From the NCBI GenBank assembly GCA_964415025.1, contig CAYPXF010000003.1:41523-105522 (forward strand): a DNA stretch of 64,000 nucleotides. Reading direction: 5' to 3'. The DNA comes from an uncultured Gammaproteobacteria bacterium. GTDB lineage: Bacteria; Patescibacteriota; Patescibacteriia; UBA10025; JAHIVO01. The notes beneath the pieces are model-generated. The model made no database searches. It had not been told where the DNA came from and saw nothing but the letters and a program-made list of their open reading frames with translations. Shown here in pieces: positions 1 to 9,755 of the stretch. The position numbers and the translations under genes are program-made. The stretch's first letter is position 1; every line of letters begins with the position of its first letter.

Positions 1-14
1 AAAAATAAAACCCT

Positions 15-437
15 ATGCCAGATAAAAAAAAGGCCACACCAAAAGCAAAGCCCCAACCAAAGAAAAAAACCCGTGGTAAAAAGAAGCAAATGGTTACACG
101 CGGTAAGGTTTATATTCAGGCGACCTATAATAACACTATCATCACGTTTACTGATCAGGGCGGCAATGTGATCGCCTGGTCGTCGGCCGGACATATGGGG
201 TTTAAGGGACCGAAAAAAGCCACCCCGTACGCCGCCAGTATTATTGTAAAAAACGCAGTCGAAAAAGCAAAGGAGCGCGGATTCAAATCAGCTGATGTTT
301 TTGTCAAAGGTGTAGGGTCAGGTCGTGAATCCTCAATTCGAGCATTAAATGCTAATAATATATTAATTCACTCGATCAAGGACGTAACCCCAATACCGCA
401 TAACGGATGTCGTCCGCCAAAAGTAAGACGAGTATAA
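15..437 (+). CDS. rpsK: 30S ribosomal protein S11
   Basis: Motifs [32 protein letters not shown]; Lys-rich N-terminal extension. Confidence 0.98.
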   Translation: MPDKKKATPKAKPQPKKKTRGKKKQMVTRGKVYIQATYNNTIITFTDQGGNVIAWSSAGHMGFKGPKKATPYAASIIVKNAVEKAKERGFKSADVFVKGVGSGRESSIRALNANNILIHSIKDVTPIPHNGCRPPKVRRV

Positions 438-443
438 CGCTAT

Positions 444-1079
444 ATGGGTAGAAATTTAGATCCAAAATGTAAGCAATGCCGTCGCATCGGTGAAAAGCTA
501 TTCCTCAAGGGGGAGCGCTGCTTTTCTCCTAAATGCGCCATGATTAAACGGAATTATCCTCCCGGCATGCACGGAGCTAAGCGGGGTCCGCGTGTATCAG
601 AATACGGTATTCAGCTCCAGGAAAAGCAAAAAGCCGCCAGGACGTACCAGCTCCTAGAAAAGCAGTTTCATGGTTACTATGAGCGTGCTCGGAAAATCAA
701 GCAAGGCCAAACAGGAGACAACTTATTGGCCTTATTAGAATTACGACTAGATAATGTATTATATCGTTCTGGGGTAGCTGCCTCGCGCAGTATTGCACGT
801 CAAATCGTTAACCATGGCCACCTGCTCGTGAATGGAAAAAATATGGACATACCTTCATATACTGTAGCGTCCGGCGATATTATCACGTTTAAGGAACAAA
901 GCAAATCAAATAAGATAATCCAAGAAATGCTGAAAAAACTTGATGCAAAACGTGCGCCAGGCTGGCTAGAGGTGCAGGATGTCAATAACTTTCAGATAAA
1001 AGTGCTGGCTACACCGACGGTTGATGAGCTTCCAGAGGGTATTGATACGGCGCTTATTGTTGAATACTATTCACGATAA
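444..1079 (+). CDS. rpsD: 30S ribosomal protein S4 (Zn-binding type)
   Basis: CKQCRR...LFLKGERC, SEYGIQLQEKQK, LELRLDNVLYR; alpha-operon position. Confidence 0.98.
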   Translation: MGRNLDPKCKQCRRIGEKLFLKGERCFSPKCAMIKRNYPPGMHGAKRGPRVSEYGIQLQEKQKAARTYQLLEKQFHGYYERARKIKQGQTGDNLLALLELRLDNVLYRSGVAASRSIARQIVNHGHLLVNGKNMDIPSYTVASGDIITFKEQSKSNKIIQEMLKKLDAKRAPGWLEVQDVNNFQIKVLATPTVDELPEGIDTALIVEYYSR

Positions 1080-1106
1080 TATTTCACATTATTAACGCAA
1101 ACGAAT

Positions 1107-1937
1107 ATGGAATCAATCACACTACCGGATAAATATTCTGTAGAAAAAATAGATAAGGCCAAAGCAGTTATCACTATCGAACCTTGCTATCCAGGATACG
1201 GCACGACACTTGGCAATGCATTACGACGCGTTTTGCTCTCCTCGCTAGGCGGCGCGGCTGTTACCGCGGTCAAAATAAAAGGCATCACCCATGAATTTTC
1301 TTCACTTCCGGGCGTAAAAGAGGATGTTGTGGAAATAATCTTGAATTTGAAAAAATTACGGCTCAAGGTTCATTCTGATGACGAGGTAACTGTCCAGCTA
1401 AAAGCAAAAGGAAACCAAAAAGTTACCGGTGAGGATATTAAGTCATCGAGTGATGTTGAGGTGATTAACACGGATTTGCATATTGCCACGCTGACAGAAA
1501 AGGATGCGGAAATTGAAATGGAATTGACCGTGAAGCGGGGCCGGGGATATATGCCGGTCGAAAGCAATGAAAAAAAGAAGTTTCCACTCGGTACTATCGG
1601 CATTGATGCGATATTTACCCCTGTTGTGAATGTTAATTATGATACAGAGAACGTACGTGTCGGTAAAATGACAAATTATGATCGACTCATCATGACGGTC
1701 GCCACCGACGGTACGACTACCCCGGAGGAAGCGCTAGTAAAAGCTTCAGAAATATTAGTGGATCATTTTTCGGCAATTAACACTTTGCCAGGACAGGAGA
1801 CGAACAAGGAAGAAAGAAAAACAGCACCAGCAGAGGACAAAGCTGAAAAAACAGATGAGAAAAAGGGTGAAAAAGAGGAAAAAGACGGATCAAAAAAGAA
1901 AAAAAAGAGCCGTCCTAAAAAAGAGTCTAAAGAGTAA
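1107..1937 (+). CDS. rpoA: RNA polymerase alpha subunit (NTD plus K/E-rich tail; no recognisable alphaCTD)
   Basis: GYGTTLGNALRRVLLSS, HEFSSLPGVKEDV, IDAIFTPV. Confidence 0.96.
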   Translation: MESITLPDKYSVEKIDKAKAVITIEPCYPGYGTTLGNALRRVLLSSLGGAAVTAVKIKGITHEFSSLPGVKEDVVEIILNLKKLRLKVHSDDEVTVQLKAKGNQKVTGEDIKSSSDVEVINTDLHIATLTEKDAEIEMELTVKRGRGYMPVESNEKKKFPLGTIGIDAIFTPVVNVNYDTENVRVGKMTNYDRLIMTVATDGTTTPEEALVKASEILVDHFSAINTLPGQETNKEERKTAPAEDKAEKTDEKKGEKEEKDGSKKKKKSRPKKESKE

Positions 1938-1945
1938 AAACTGAC

Positions 1946-2296
1946 ATGAGGCACAGAAAAAAGCAAACAACACTCGGTAGGGGCGCTAATCATCGTAGGG
2001 CATTGATGAGGAATTTAGCACGTTCGTTTTTCTTATCAGGTAAAATCACGACTACTGAAGCAAAGGCAAAGGCTATCAAGCCGACCATAGAAAAACTGAT
2101 TACGATTGGGAAGAAGGATACGCTGCAAAACAGGCGAAAGATAATCCAGGTCACCGGCAGCAATAACATAGCAAATAAGATTATCAAGGAAGTAAGCCCC
2201 CGGTATAAGGAGAGAAACGGAGGCTATACGAGGATTATTAAAATAGGTAACCGCGCCGGGGATAATGCAAAACAAGTTTATTTGCAGCTCATATAA
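1946..2296 (+). CDS. rplQ: 50S ribosomal protein L17
   Basis: MRHRK, ITTTEAKAK, RNGGYTRIIK, RAGDNA. Confidence 0.98.
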   Translation: MRHRKKQTTLGRGANHRRALMRNLARSFFLSGKITTTEAKAKAIKPTIEKLITIGKKDTLQNRRKIIQVTGSNNIANKIIKEVSPRYKERNGGYTRIIKIGNRAGDNAKQVYLQLI

Positions 2297-2297
2297 T

Positions 2298-2657
2298 ATG
2301 GCTAACACACCACAACAAAAAGTGATACCGATCGACGCAGCCGGGAAAGCGCCTGGCCGACTTGCTAGTGAAGTAGTACATTTGCTGCGGGGCAAGGACG
2401 ATCCGTCATGGCAGCCTCATATCATAAGTAATGTACGCATAGATATTTCTAATATTGACAAAATGAATATCAGTGAAAAAAAACTTGAACAGGAATTCAT
2501 ATATACGTTTTCTGGCTATCCCAGCGGCCAGAAAAAAGTAACCTGGAAAATGATGATGAACCGCGGTCCAGAATTTTTATTTAGGACAGTCCTGAAAAAT
2601 ATGCTGCCAGACAACAAACATCGCGCCGTGTTAATGAAAAAAGTTAATTTTGTGTAA
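2298..2657 (+). CDS. rplM: 50S ribosomal protein L13 (short form)
   Basis: IDAAGKAPGRLAS...LRGKDDP, SGYPSG, NMLP; start moved to the ATG just after the rplQ stop. Confidence 0.9.
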   Translation: MANTPQQKVIPIDAAGKAPGRLASEVVHLLRGKDDPSWQPHIISNVRIDISNIDKMNISEKKLEQEFIYTFSGYPSGQKKVTWKMMMNRGPEFLFRTVLKNMLPDNKHRAVLMKKVNFV

Positions 2658-2660
2658 CCT

Positions 2661-3179
2661 ATGACTGGAGCTAAGAAGAAAAAACCAACTGGAAAGACAG
2701 GCAAAAAAATCACTCCTCGCGCCAAACCGAAGAAAAAAGTCACGACTAAGAAGGCCGTGGATGAGAAAAAACCCGCCCAAAAGAAAAAACCCCAGTATAT
2801 TTTTGCCGTCGGACGGAGAAAATCATCAGTCGCTAGAGTTCGGTTGTATAAAAAAGAAGAACCGGGGATATTAATAAATGACAAGGAATATACCGAGTAT
2901 TTTCCGCAGTACGAAATGCAACTGGTTGTCAAAGAGCCATTTAAAACTATTGGCCAGGAAATTGATGGAAAATACAGCGTCAAAGTATCCGGAGGCGGTC
3001 CGAGAGGTCAGGCAGAAAGCGTTAGACTCGGTATTTGCAGAATATTATTAAAAATTGACCCTGCTTTCCGCCCAGTTCTCAAGGCCAGAAAGTTATTAGT
3101 CAGAGACCCGAGAGTTAAAGAACGTAAAAAATACGGACTTCGCAAAGCACGACGTGCGCCGCAGTGGCAAAAACGGTAA
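2661..3179 (+). CDS. rpsI: 30S ribosomal protein S9
   Basis: GRRKSSVARV, GGGPRGQAES, RDPRVKERKKYGLRKARRAPQWQKR; long Lys-rich N-terminus. Confidence 0.98.
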   Translation: MTGAKKKKPTGKTGKKITPRAKPKKKVTTKKAVDEKKPAQKKKPQYIFAVGRRKSSVARVRLYKKEEPGILINDKEYTEYFPQYEMQLVVKEPFKTIGQEIDGKYSVKVSGGGPRGQAESVRLGICRILLKIDPAFRPVLKARKLLVRDPRVKERKKYGLRKARRAPQWQKR

Positions 3180-3183
3180 ACAC

Positions 3184-4659
3184 ATGGCGAATGAGCCAAC
3201 ACAAATCAATAACGCTCAATCAGAAGAGAGAATTCTCAAGAATACGAGCTATTTAACGCTGGCATTTGTACTGCAAAAAATTCTCTCTTTTTTGTATTTT
3301 ATTTATATCGCCCGGAGCATCGGCCCGGTTGATTTGGGGCTATACGACCCGATTAAATCGCTTATACCGATATTGCTCATACTTATTGATTTTAGCTTGA
3401 GCGTTGTTTTGGTCCGAGAAATTGCACGTGCGCCAGAGCGCGTAGAGGAATATCTGGGCTCAGTGCTTGGGATCAAGGCTGTCTTTGCGTTTGTGGTGAT
3501 ACTTGGCATGGGTCTGTTTACAAACTTTTCAGGCTATTCCGTCCTTATAAAAACAGTATTATACCTCGATGCGATTATCGTAATCCTCGATACCTTCACC
3601 CTCACATTCTTTGCCGTATTTCGGGGGCTGCAAAATATGAAATACGAGGCGATTGGCATGATCGGCACGCAGATATTAACCATCATATTCGGAGTAACCG
3701 GCCTGCAATTAAACTGGGGGCTAAGGGCGTTATTTGTTGCGGTTATTATCGGCAGTATTTTTAATTTTATATTTTCTTTTTTAATGGTCAGAAGAAAAAT
3801 AAAAATACGGATCCGGCTTTCATGGAACAAGAAAATTATAAAATCATTTCTGAAGATCGCAGTGCCATTTGCAATAGCGGCCATGTTCGTGAAAATCTAC
3901 ACGTACACAGACAGGTATTTACTGCTGTTGTTTTCTGGACGGGGGGCGGTGGGATGGTATGTGACCGCTCATAAGCTAACATATGCGCTCGAATTTATAC
4001 CCTCTGCCTTTGCGGCCAGCATATTTCCGGCGATGAGTTCGTTTTTTATATACGACAGGTCACAATTGGCGCGCACGTTTACGCGGGCATCGCGATATTT
4101 ACTGATTATCGCTGTGCCAATATCGCTCGGCGTTCTGGTGCTAGCTGATAAAATCGTGCTCACCTTATACGGGCTTGATTTTGAAACATCGATATTTCCG
4201 TTACGTATCCTGATGATAGGCCTACTGGTAATTTTTCTAAACTTTCCGGTTGGCGCTTTTTTAAATGCGTGTAATCTACAGATAAAAAACACCATAAATA
4301 TGGGCATTACCGTGGCTATCAACGTTGCGCTTAATCTCATACTGATACCGCAGTACAGCTTTAACGGTGCGGCAATCGCGGCGCTGGTAAGTGGTATTGT
4401 GTTATTCTTACTAGGACTGCGTTGGGTTGGCAGCGTGGTACAATATGATAAAATATACCTGCTTCGCGCATTAGCAAAGACCGTTTTAGCGGGCGGAGTC
4501 ATGGCTGGTCTGCTTTGGCTGCTAAAAGACGCTATCACCTTCATCATATTAATCCCTGTCGGCGCCATATGCTACTTCGCAGTACTCTATGCGTTCAAAG
4601 GCATATCAAAAGATGATATCCGCAGGCTCTATACATCATTTATAAACAGAAAGGTATGA
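3184..4659 (+). CDS. Polysaccharide flippase (Wzx/MOP family)
   Basis: Many hydrophobic helices, ILKNTSYL start motif, position in glycosyltransferase cluster; start set at ATG 3184. Confidence 0.88.
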   Translation: MANEPTQINNAQSEERILKNTSYLTLAFVLQKILSFLYFIYIARSIGPVDLGLYDPIKSLIPILLILIDFSLSVVLVREIARAPERVEEYLGSVLGIKAVFAFVVILGMGLFTNFSGYSVLIKTVLYLDAIIVILDTFTLTFFAVFRGLQNMKYEAIGMIGTQILTIIFGVTGLQLNWGLRALFVAVIIGSIFNFIFSFLMVRRKIKIRIRLSWNKKIIKSFLKIAVPFAIAAMFVKIYTYTDRYLLLLFSGRGAVGWYVTAHKLTYALEFIPSAFAASIFPAMSSFFIYDRSQLARTFTRASRYLLIIAVPISLGVLVLADKIVLTLYGLDFETSIFPLRILMIGLLVIFLNFPVGAFLNACNLQIKNTINMGITVAINVALNLILIPQYSFNGAAIAALVSGIVLFLLGLRWVGSVVQYDKIYLLRALAKTVLAGGVMAGLLWLLKDAITFIILIPVGAICYFAVLYAFKGISKDDIRRLYTSFINRKV

Positions 4660-5798
4660 AAAAGATACTACTTACTACTATCTACTTTCCGCCGCAACGG
4701 GGGGGCATATCGAACAGTCTGTGGAATATTTGTATACACCTGCCGGCCGACAGAGTAGTAGTGCTGACCGAGCCCTCGGATATTAATCCGCGTTCATCGT
4801 TTCCTATTTACCAAAAACCTATCACTAACACCGCAAGATTTATTTGGCCGCGGTGGCTGTTTTTGATCAGAGACATGAAGCGAATTGTTGAGGAGGAATC
4901 GATAGATATTATCCATGCCGGGCAAATACTGCCAATCGGAACAGCAGCCTTGATATTAAAAAAATTATATCGTATTCCATATCACGTATACGTGTATGGT
5001 CAGGATCTGATGATTATGAGGAGTTCGAAGAGGAAGATGAGCCTTATCAAACACATTCTCAAAAACGCTGACGGTATTATCGCTAACAGCAACAGCACCA
5101 AGGATAAAGCCGTCACGCTTGGTGCCGCGCCGGATAAAACAATCGTTGTCTACCCCTCGCCAATTAGCTTGATTGACACAACTATTGATCAGCAATTCTA
5201 TGATTACTTTATCAAACGCTACCGTCTGCGAGGCAAGCAGATTATTTTAACCGTCGGCAATCTAGTCCCCCGCAAAGGTCAGGATAAGGTCATCCAGGCA
5301 ATGCCTGAAATACTGCGCTATCATCCACAGGCGCATTATGTTGTAGTCGGCAACGGAGAATATATTGCCCATCTGCGAAGTATGACGGATTCATTGTCCA
5401 TCGAAGAGCATGTGCAATTCTTTACTAACGTAACTGATCAGGAGTTGCCATATTTTTATCACGCATGCGATGTGTTTATTATGCCCTCACGCGAGATAAA
5501 GGATAGCCATAACAAATCAACCGATATGGAGGGGTTTGGCATCGTGTATCTGGAGGCAAATTTATTTGGTAAGCCGGTTATCGGCGGCAATTCTGGCGGC
5601 GTACCAGAAGCCGTAGCCCATGGCGTTACCGGGTTACTGGTCGACCCGAATAATGTGCATGATATTGCCCGAGCCGTCTCCAAACTATTATCCGATAAAC
5701 AGCTGTCCGAAAAATTAGGATCCCAAGGACGGGAACGGGCACTGAAGCATTTCCAGTGGGAAGACGAGATGGAGAAAATTAAAAAACTACTGGACTGA
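4656..5798 (+). CDS. Glycosyltransferase family 4
   Basis: FPPQRGGI, PRKGQD, EGFGIVYLEA (EX7E). Confidence 0.93.
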   Translation: MKKILLTTIYFPPQRGGISNSLWNICIHLPADRVVVLTEPSDINPRSSFPIYQKPITNTARFIWPRWLFLIRDMKRIVEEESIDIIHAGQILPIGTAALILKKLYRIPYHVYVYGQDLMIMRSSKRKMSLIKHILKNADGIIANSNSTKDKAVTLGAAPDKTIVVYPSPISLIDTTIDQQFYDYFIKRYRLRGKQIILTVGNLVPRKGQDKVIQAMPEILRYHPQAHYVVVGNGEYIAHLRSMTDSLSIEEHVQFFTNVTDQELPYFYHACDVFIMPSREIKDSHNKSTDMEGFGIVYLEANLFGKPVIGGNSGGVPEAVAHGVTGLLVDPNNVHDIARAVSKLLSDKQLSEKLGSQGRERALKHFQWEDEMEKIKKLLD

Positions 5799-5799
5799 T

Positions 5800-6447
5800 A
5801 TGCGCTCGCCCCTTGTCAGCATTATTATTCCATGCTATCAGTCAGCGAAGACTATTGGACGGACACTCCAGAGTATTTACCGGCAGTCATATCGGACTCT
5901 AGAAATTATAGCGGTTAATGACGGATCAACCGATGCCACTCGTGACATCTTATCAGGCCACGAACATAAAGTGCGGATAATCCATCAGGATAATAAGGGG
6001 GCTGCGGCAGCGAGGAATAAAGGATTTGACGTATCGCGGGGAGAATTCGTGCTGTTTTGTGATGATGACGTTGTATTACAGCCCGACATGATCGAAAAAA
6101 TGGTTCGTACGCTGGAACAGTACCGGGATAAAGCATACTGCTACTGTAATTTTAAATTTGGTTGGCACACCTTTGATTTGTTTCCGTTTGACGCAGCGAG
6201 ACTGCGGCGGGAAAATTATATCAGCACCATGTCGCTTATGCGGCGGGAAACGTTTATCGGATTCGATGAATCTCTGCGCCGGTATCAGGATTGGGATTTA
6301 TGGAAGCGCATGCTTGATCGAGGCTCTGTCGGCGTATGGTATCCAGAGCGATTGTTTACCGCTCCACACGGCGGGGGCATATCAAAGCATTCATTGCGTG
6401 ACTTGATAAAGATTATTGTACGACGTATTGGCCTAGGCTCGAAATAA
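5800..6447 (+). CDS. Glycosyltransferase family 2
   Basis: VSIIIPCY, VNDGSTD, ARNKG, FCDDD, YQDWDLW. Confidence 0.93.
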   Translation: MRSPLVSIIIPCYQSAKTIGRTLQSIYRQSYRTLEIIAVNDGSTDATRDILSGHEHKVRIIHQDNKGAAAARNKGFDVSRGEFVLFCDDDVVLQPDMIEKMVRTLEQYRDKAYCYCNFKFGWHTFDLFPFDAARLRRENYISTMSLMRRETFIGFDESLRRYQDWDLWKRMLDRGSVGVWYPERLFTAPHGGGISKHSLRDLIKIIVRRIGLGSK

Positions 6448-6485
6448 ACATTGTCAACCAAAGCCCTTCGCTGTACAATACGTAC

Positions 6486-7361
6486 ATGGACGTGTCAATT
6501 ATCATAGTATCGTGGAATGTGCGGCGGCACCTGCGGCAGTGCCTGCAGTCGCTGTATCAGACCGATCAGGGTGTGCGGTTTGAGGTTATTGTAGTTGATA
6601 ACAATTCGTCAGACGGCAGTGCGGCCATGGTTACACAGAAATTTCCTCGCGTTCACTGTATACGGAACAAGACCAACCGCGGGTTTGCCGCAGCCTGTAA
6701 TCAGGGGATTCGCCGATCTCGTGGTAGTGCTATCGTATTGCTCAATCCTGATACCGAGGTCAAGGCCGATGCTATTGGATCGCTGTATGGATTTTTGCAG
6801 ACAAAAGATCAGACAGGTATTTGCGGCGGCAAAATACTTAATTTTGACGGCACGGTCCAGCCATCGGTCCGGCGGTTTCCTGATCTCTGTTCACAGCTCA
6901 TGATTGCGCTTAAACTGCATCGAATATTTTCAAACAATACCTGCTTGAGATCATATGTGGCCCATGATTTTGATTATGATAAAGCACAAAAAGTGGATCA
7001 AGTCATGGGCGCTTTTTTTATGATCAGCAGAGATTTAATCAATGCTATTGGCTTATTGGATGAGCATTATTATATTTGGTTTGAGGAGGTTGATTATTGC
7101 CGTAGAGCGTGCAATGCCGGGTATCAGATATATTATTATCCGGAAGCGGTCATACAGCATCACCGCGGCGCCAGCTTCCGTAAACTCAATCCGCTGACCA
7201 AACAATTTATCTATATACGTAGTATGCAGTATTATTTTTTTAAGCATAAGTCAGTATTTGCTTATATTATATTATTAGCAGCTTATCCATTCAGTATTTT
7301 AGCCGGTGTTATTGTGGCCATACTAACCATCAATACCGCTAAAACCATATCAGCAAAATGA
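6486..7361 (+). CDS. Glycosyltransferase family 2 (WbbL-like)
   Basis: VSIIIVSWN, VDNNSSDGS, GFAAACNQG, LLNPD, FEEVDYC. Confidence 0.92.
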   Translation: MDVSIIIVSWNVRRHLRQCLQSLYQTDQGVRFEVIVVDNNSSDGSAAMVTQKFPRVHCIRNKTNRGFAAACNQGIRRSRGSAIVLLNPDTEVKADAIGSLYGFLQTKDQTGICGGKILNFDGTVQPSVRRFPDLCSQLMIALKLHRIFSNNTCLRSYVAHDFDYDKAQKVDQVMGAFFMISRDLINAIGLLDEHYYIWFEEVDYCRRACNAGYQIYYYPEAVIQHHRGASFRKLNPLTKQFIYIRSMQYYFFKHKSVFAYIILLAAYPFSILAGVIVAILTINTAKTISAK

Positions 7362-8866
7362 AACATACCACGTACACAAAACTATTTGCATTTGCATTTT
7401 GGTTTATTATTCTGGTCGAAGTCGCATCTTTTTGGGCACACATCTACGCGCCTCTTAACACAGTGCTGTTTTTCTTGCTTACTGCAGGGACATTTATAAT
7501 CGGGGTATGGAAATTCCGTTATGCGTTTTGGATCGCGGCCGTTGAGCTGTTTATCGGGTCGTTTGGTTATTTGTTTTATTTTGATATAGGGGACATCCGA
7601 CTTTCCATACGGCTCGGTATATTTATGGCGGTATGTGCGGCCTGGCTAATCTATAGTATCAGGGAAAAGCGGTTTGCGTTATTTAAGACAAGATATACGC
7701 TTCCGCTGGGACTGCTCTTTTTGTTCATCGCCGTAGGCGCAATGCAAGGTATTATAAGAGGTCATGCGCTAGTCGATGTGTTTCTCGATATGAACGGCTA
7801 TTTGTATTTTGGCATGCTTTTCCCAGCGTTATCAGTAATCACTTCATGGAAAAACGTATTACAACTGTGGCAGCTACTCGTGGCAGCAGTCAGTGTCATG
7901 ATTTTGAAGACCTTGTTTTTGTTCACGTATTTTGCCCATCAGGCAGATGACGCTATTACACGGCTTATTTACACCTGGGTACGAGATACCAGAGTAGGAG
8001 AAATCGGGGTAATTATTGACAGCTACTATCGCATATTTTTTCAGAGCCATGTATGGATTTTGTTTGTATGTATCATAGCGGCGCTGCTGATCGTGCTCAA
8101 TAACCGCAAGCTGTTATCCCAAGCAGATATTCGATTTATGCGTGTTTTGTTTATTGGTACAAGTATGGTGCTCTTAATCAGCTATTCACGGAGTTTGTGG
8201 CTGGCACTCGGCATAACTATGGTTTTGATGATAATATACCTATGGCGCAGGGAAAAAATCCCATGGCGCCGTTTGTTTGCCTATGTCGGCTATGCCGCCA
8301 TGGTGCTGGTGATAGACATGATAGTCATTACCGGACTGGTGAATATCTCACTGCCAGGCGGTGGCCACGGGATGCATGCCGGATCCTTAGTCACGGAGCG
8401 GATTACTGAAACTGATGAACCGGCACTCCGGAGTCGTTTCGAATTACTCAAGCCACTCGCAGAACAGTACACCGCGTCGCCGATAGTTGGTACTGGTTTT
8501 GGTACCCGTGTTACATTTCAGTCGCTGGATCCACGCACCAAAGAAGTAAATGGTGGCATGTATTCCACCTATTCATTTGAATGGGGCTATCTAGGCACGA
8601 TGGTTAAAATTGGCTTGATTGGCCTGATGGCGTATTTATTTTTATTATGGCGTATATTTAAACAGGGGATGCAGAAATATCAGATAGCTTCATCTCCATT
8701 TGTTAGGATCATGATAATTGGCCTGCTGTTTAGCTTGATTAGTTTACTTGTTGTTCATAGTACCACTCCATATCTAAACCATCCTTTAGGTATATTTTTA
8801 ATAGTACTATGCGCAGCGGCATTTGCCGTTACTGATGATCAGGGCGTTAGTGTGGCACAGAGTTGA
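7358..8866 (+). CDS. O-antigen ligase/polymerase (Wzy_C) family membrane protein
   Basis: Multi-TM; SYSRSLW, PIVGTGFG, GLIGL motifs; glycan cluster. Confidence 0.8.
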   Translation: MKHTTYTKLFAFAFWFIILVEVASFWAHIYAPLNTVLFFLLTAGTFIIGVWKFRYAFWIAAVELFIGSFGYLFYFDIGDIRLSIRLGIFMAVCAAWLIYSIREKRFALFKTRYTLPLGLLFLFIAVGAMQGIIRGHALVDVFLDMNGYLYFGMLFPALSVITSWKNVLQLWQLLVAAVSVMILKTLFLFTYFAHQADDAITRLIYTWVRDTRVGEIGVIIDSYYRIFFQSHVWILFVCIIAALLIVLNNRKLLSQADIRFMRVLFIGTSMVLLISYSRSLWLALGITMVLMIIYLWRREKIPWRRLFAYVGYAAMVLVIDMIVITGLVNISLPGGGHGMHAGSLVTERITETDEPALRSRFELLKPLAEQYTASPIVGTGFGTRVTFQSLDPRTKEVNGGMYSTYSFEWGYLGTMVKIGLIGLMAYLFLLWRIFKQGMQKYQIASSPFVRIMIIGLLFSLISLLVVHSTTPYLNHPLGIFLIVLCAAAFAVTDDQGVSVAQS

Positions 8867-8921
8867 AAATTTCCAAAAAAATGATACACTGTAGGCTACA
8901 ATATACGATGGAGCTTTGTTT

Positions 8922-9755
8922 ATGCTAGATTTATCAGTTGTAATTGTAAACTATAATAACAGAGGATTATTGCGGCAGTGCCTAAAGTCATTGTCGGCTA
9001 ATATTAGCGATTCTGGTGTGCGATATAAAATTATTGTCGTTGATAACAATTCAGCTGATGGCAGCGTTCCAATGGTGCGAGAGGAATTTCCTGATGTCAG
9101 ACTAATACCGCTAAAAAAGAACGGTGGTTATGCCAAAGGAGTAAATATTGGCGTTGCATCTGTTGAATGCCGGTATTACCTGATACTAAACATGGACACG
9201 ACTATTGTTCAGATGCAGGCGATCGACCGGATAATAACATTCATGAATAGAAACACCGACGTCGGATTGGCCGGACCGAAGCTGATCAACCCGAACGGCA
9301 CTACGCAGGCGTCATGCTGCACATTCCCAAAGTTCCTTTATCCTATTTACCGCAGGACCGTCCTGGGAAGATTGCCATTCGCCAATAGAGCTATTAGAAA
9401 ATATCTGATGCTAGACTGGAACCATGAGGAAACAAAACCAGTTGACTGGGTTATTGGTACGGGGATGATTGTGCGAAATGAAGCCATCAAGCAAGTAGGC
9501 CTCATGGATGAACGATTTTTTATGTACTTCGAGGATGTTGATTGGTGTCGGCGTTTTTGGGAGCATGATTGGACTGTTTCTTATATTCATGATATCGAGA
9601 TCGTGCATTACCACGGACGCGGTTCGGCAGCGCAACAGGGGGTCCTAAGCCTGGTTGGTAATAAATTGACACGCGTGCACATCAGTTCATGGTTAAAATA
9701 TTTTATTAAATATTTTGGTAAATCAAAACCAAATGTCCACAAAAAAGAAAAATAA
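8922..9755 (+). CDS. Glycosyltransferase family 2 (WbbL-like)
   Basis: LSVVIVNYN, VDNNSADGS, MDERFFMYFEDVDWC. Confidence 0.92.
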   Translation: MLDLSVVIVNYNNRGLLRQCLKSLSANISDSGVRYKIIVVDNNSADGSVPMVREEFPDVRLIPLKKNGGYAKGVNIGVASVECRYYLILNMDTTIVQMQAIDRIITFMNRNTDVGLAGPKLINPNGTTQASCCTFPKFLYPIYRRTVLGRLPFANRAIRKYLMLDWNHEETKPVDWVIGTGMIVRNEAIKQVGLMDERFFMYFEDVDWCRRFWEHDWTVSYIHDIEIVHYHGRGSAAQQGVLSLVGNKLTRVHISSWLKYFIKYFGKSKPNVHKKEK

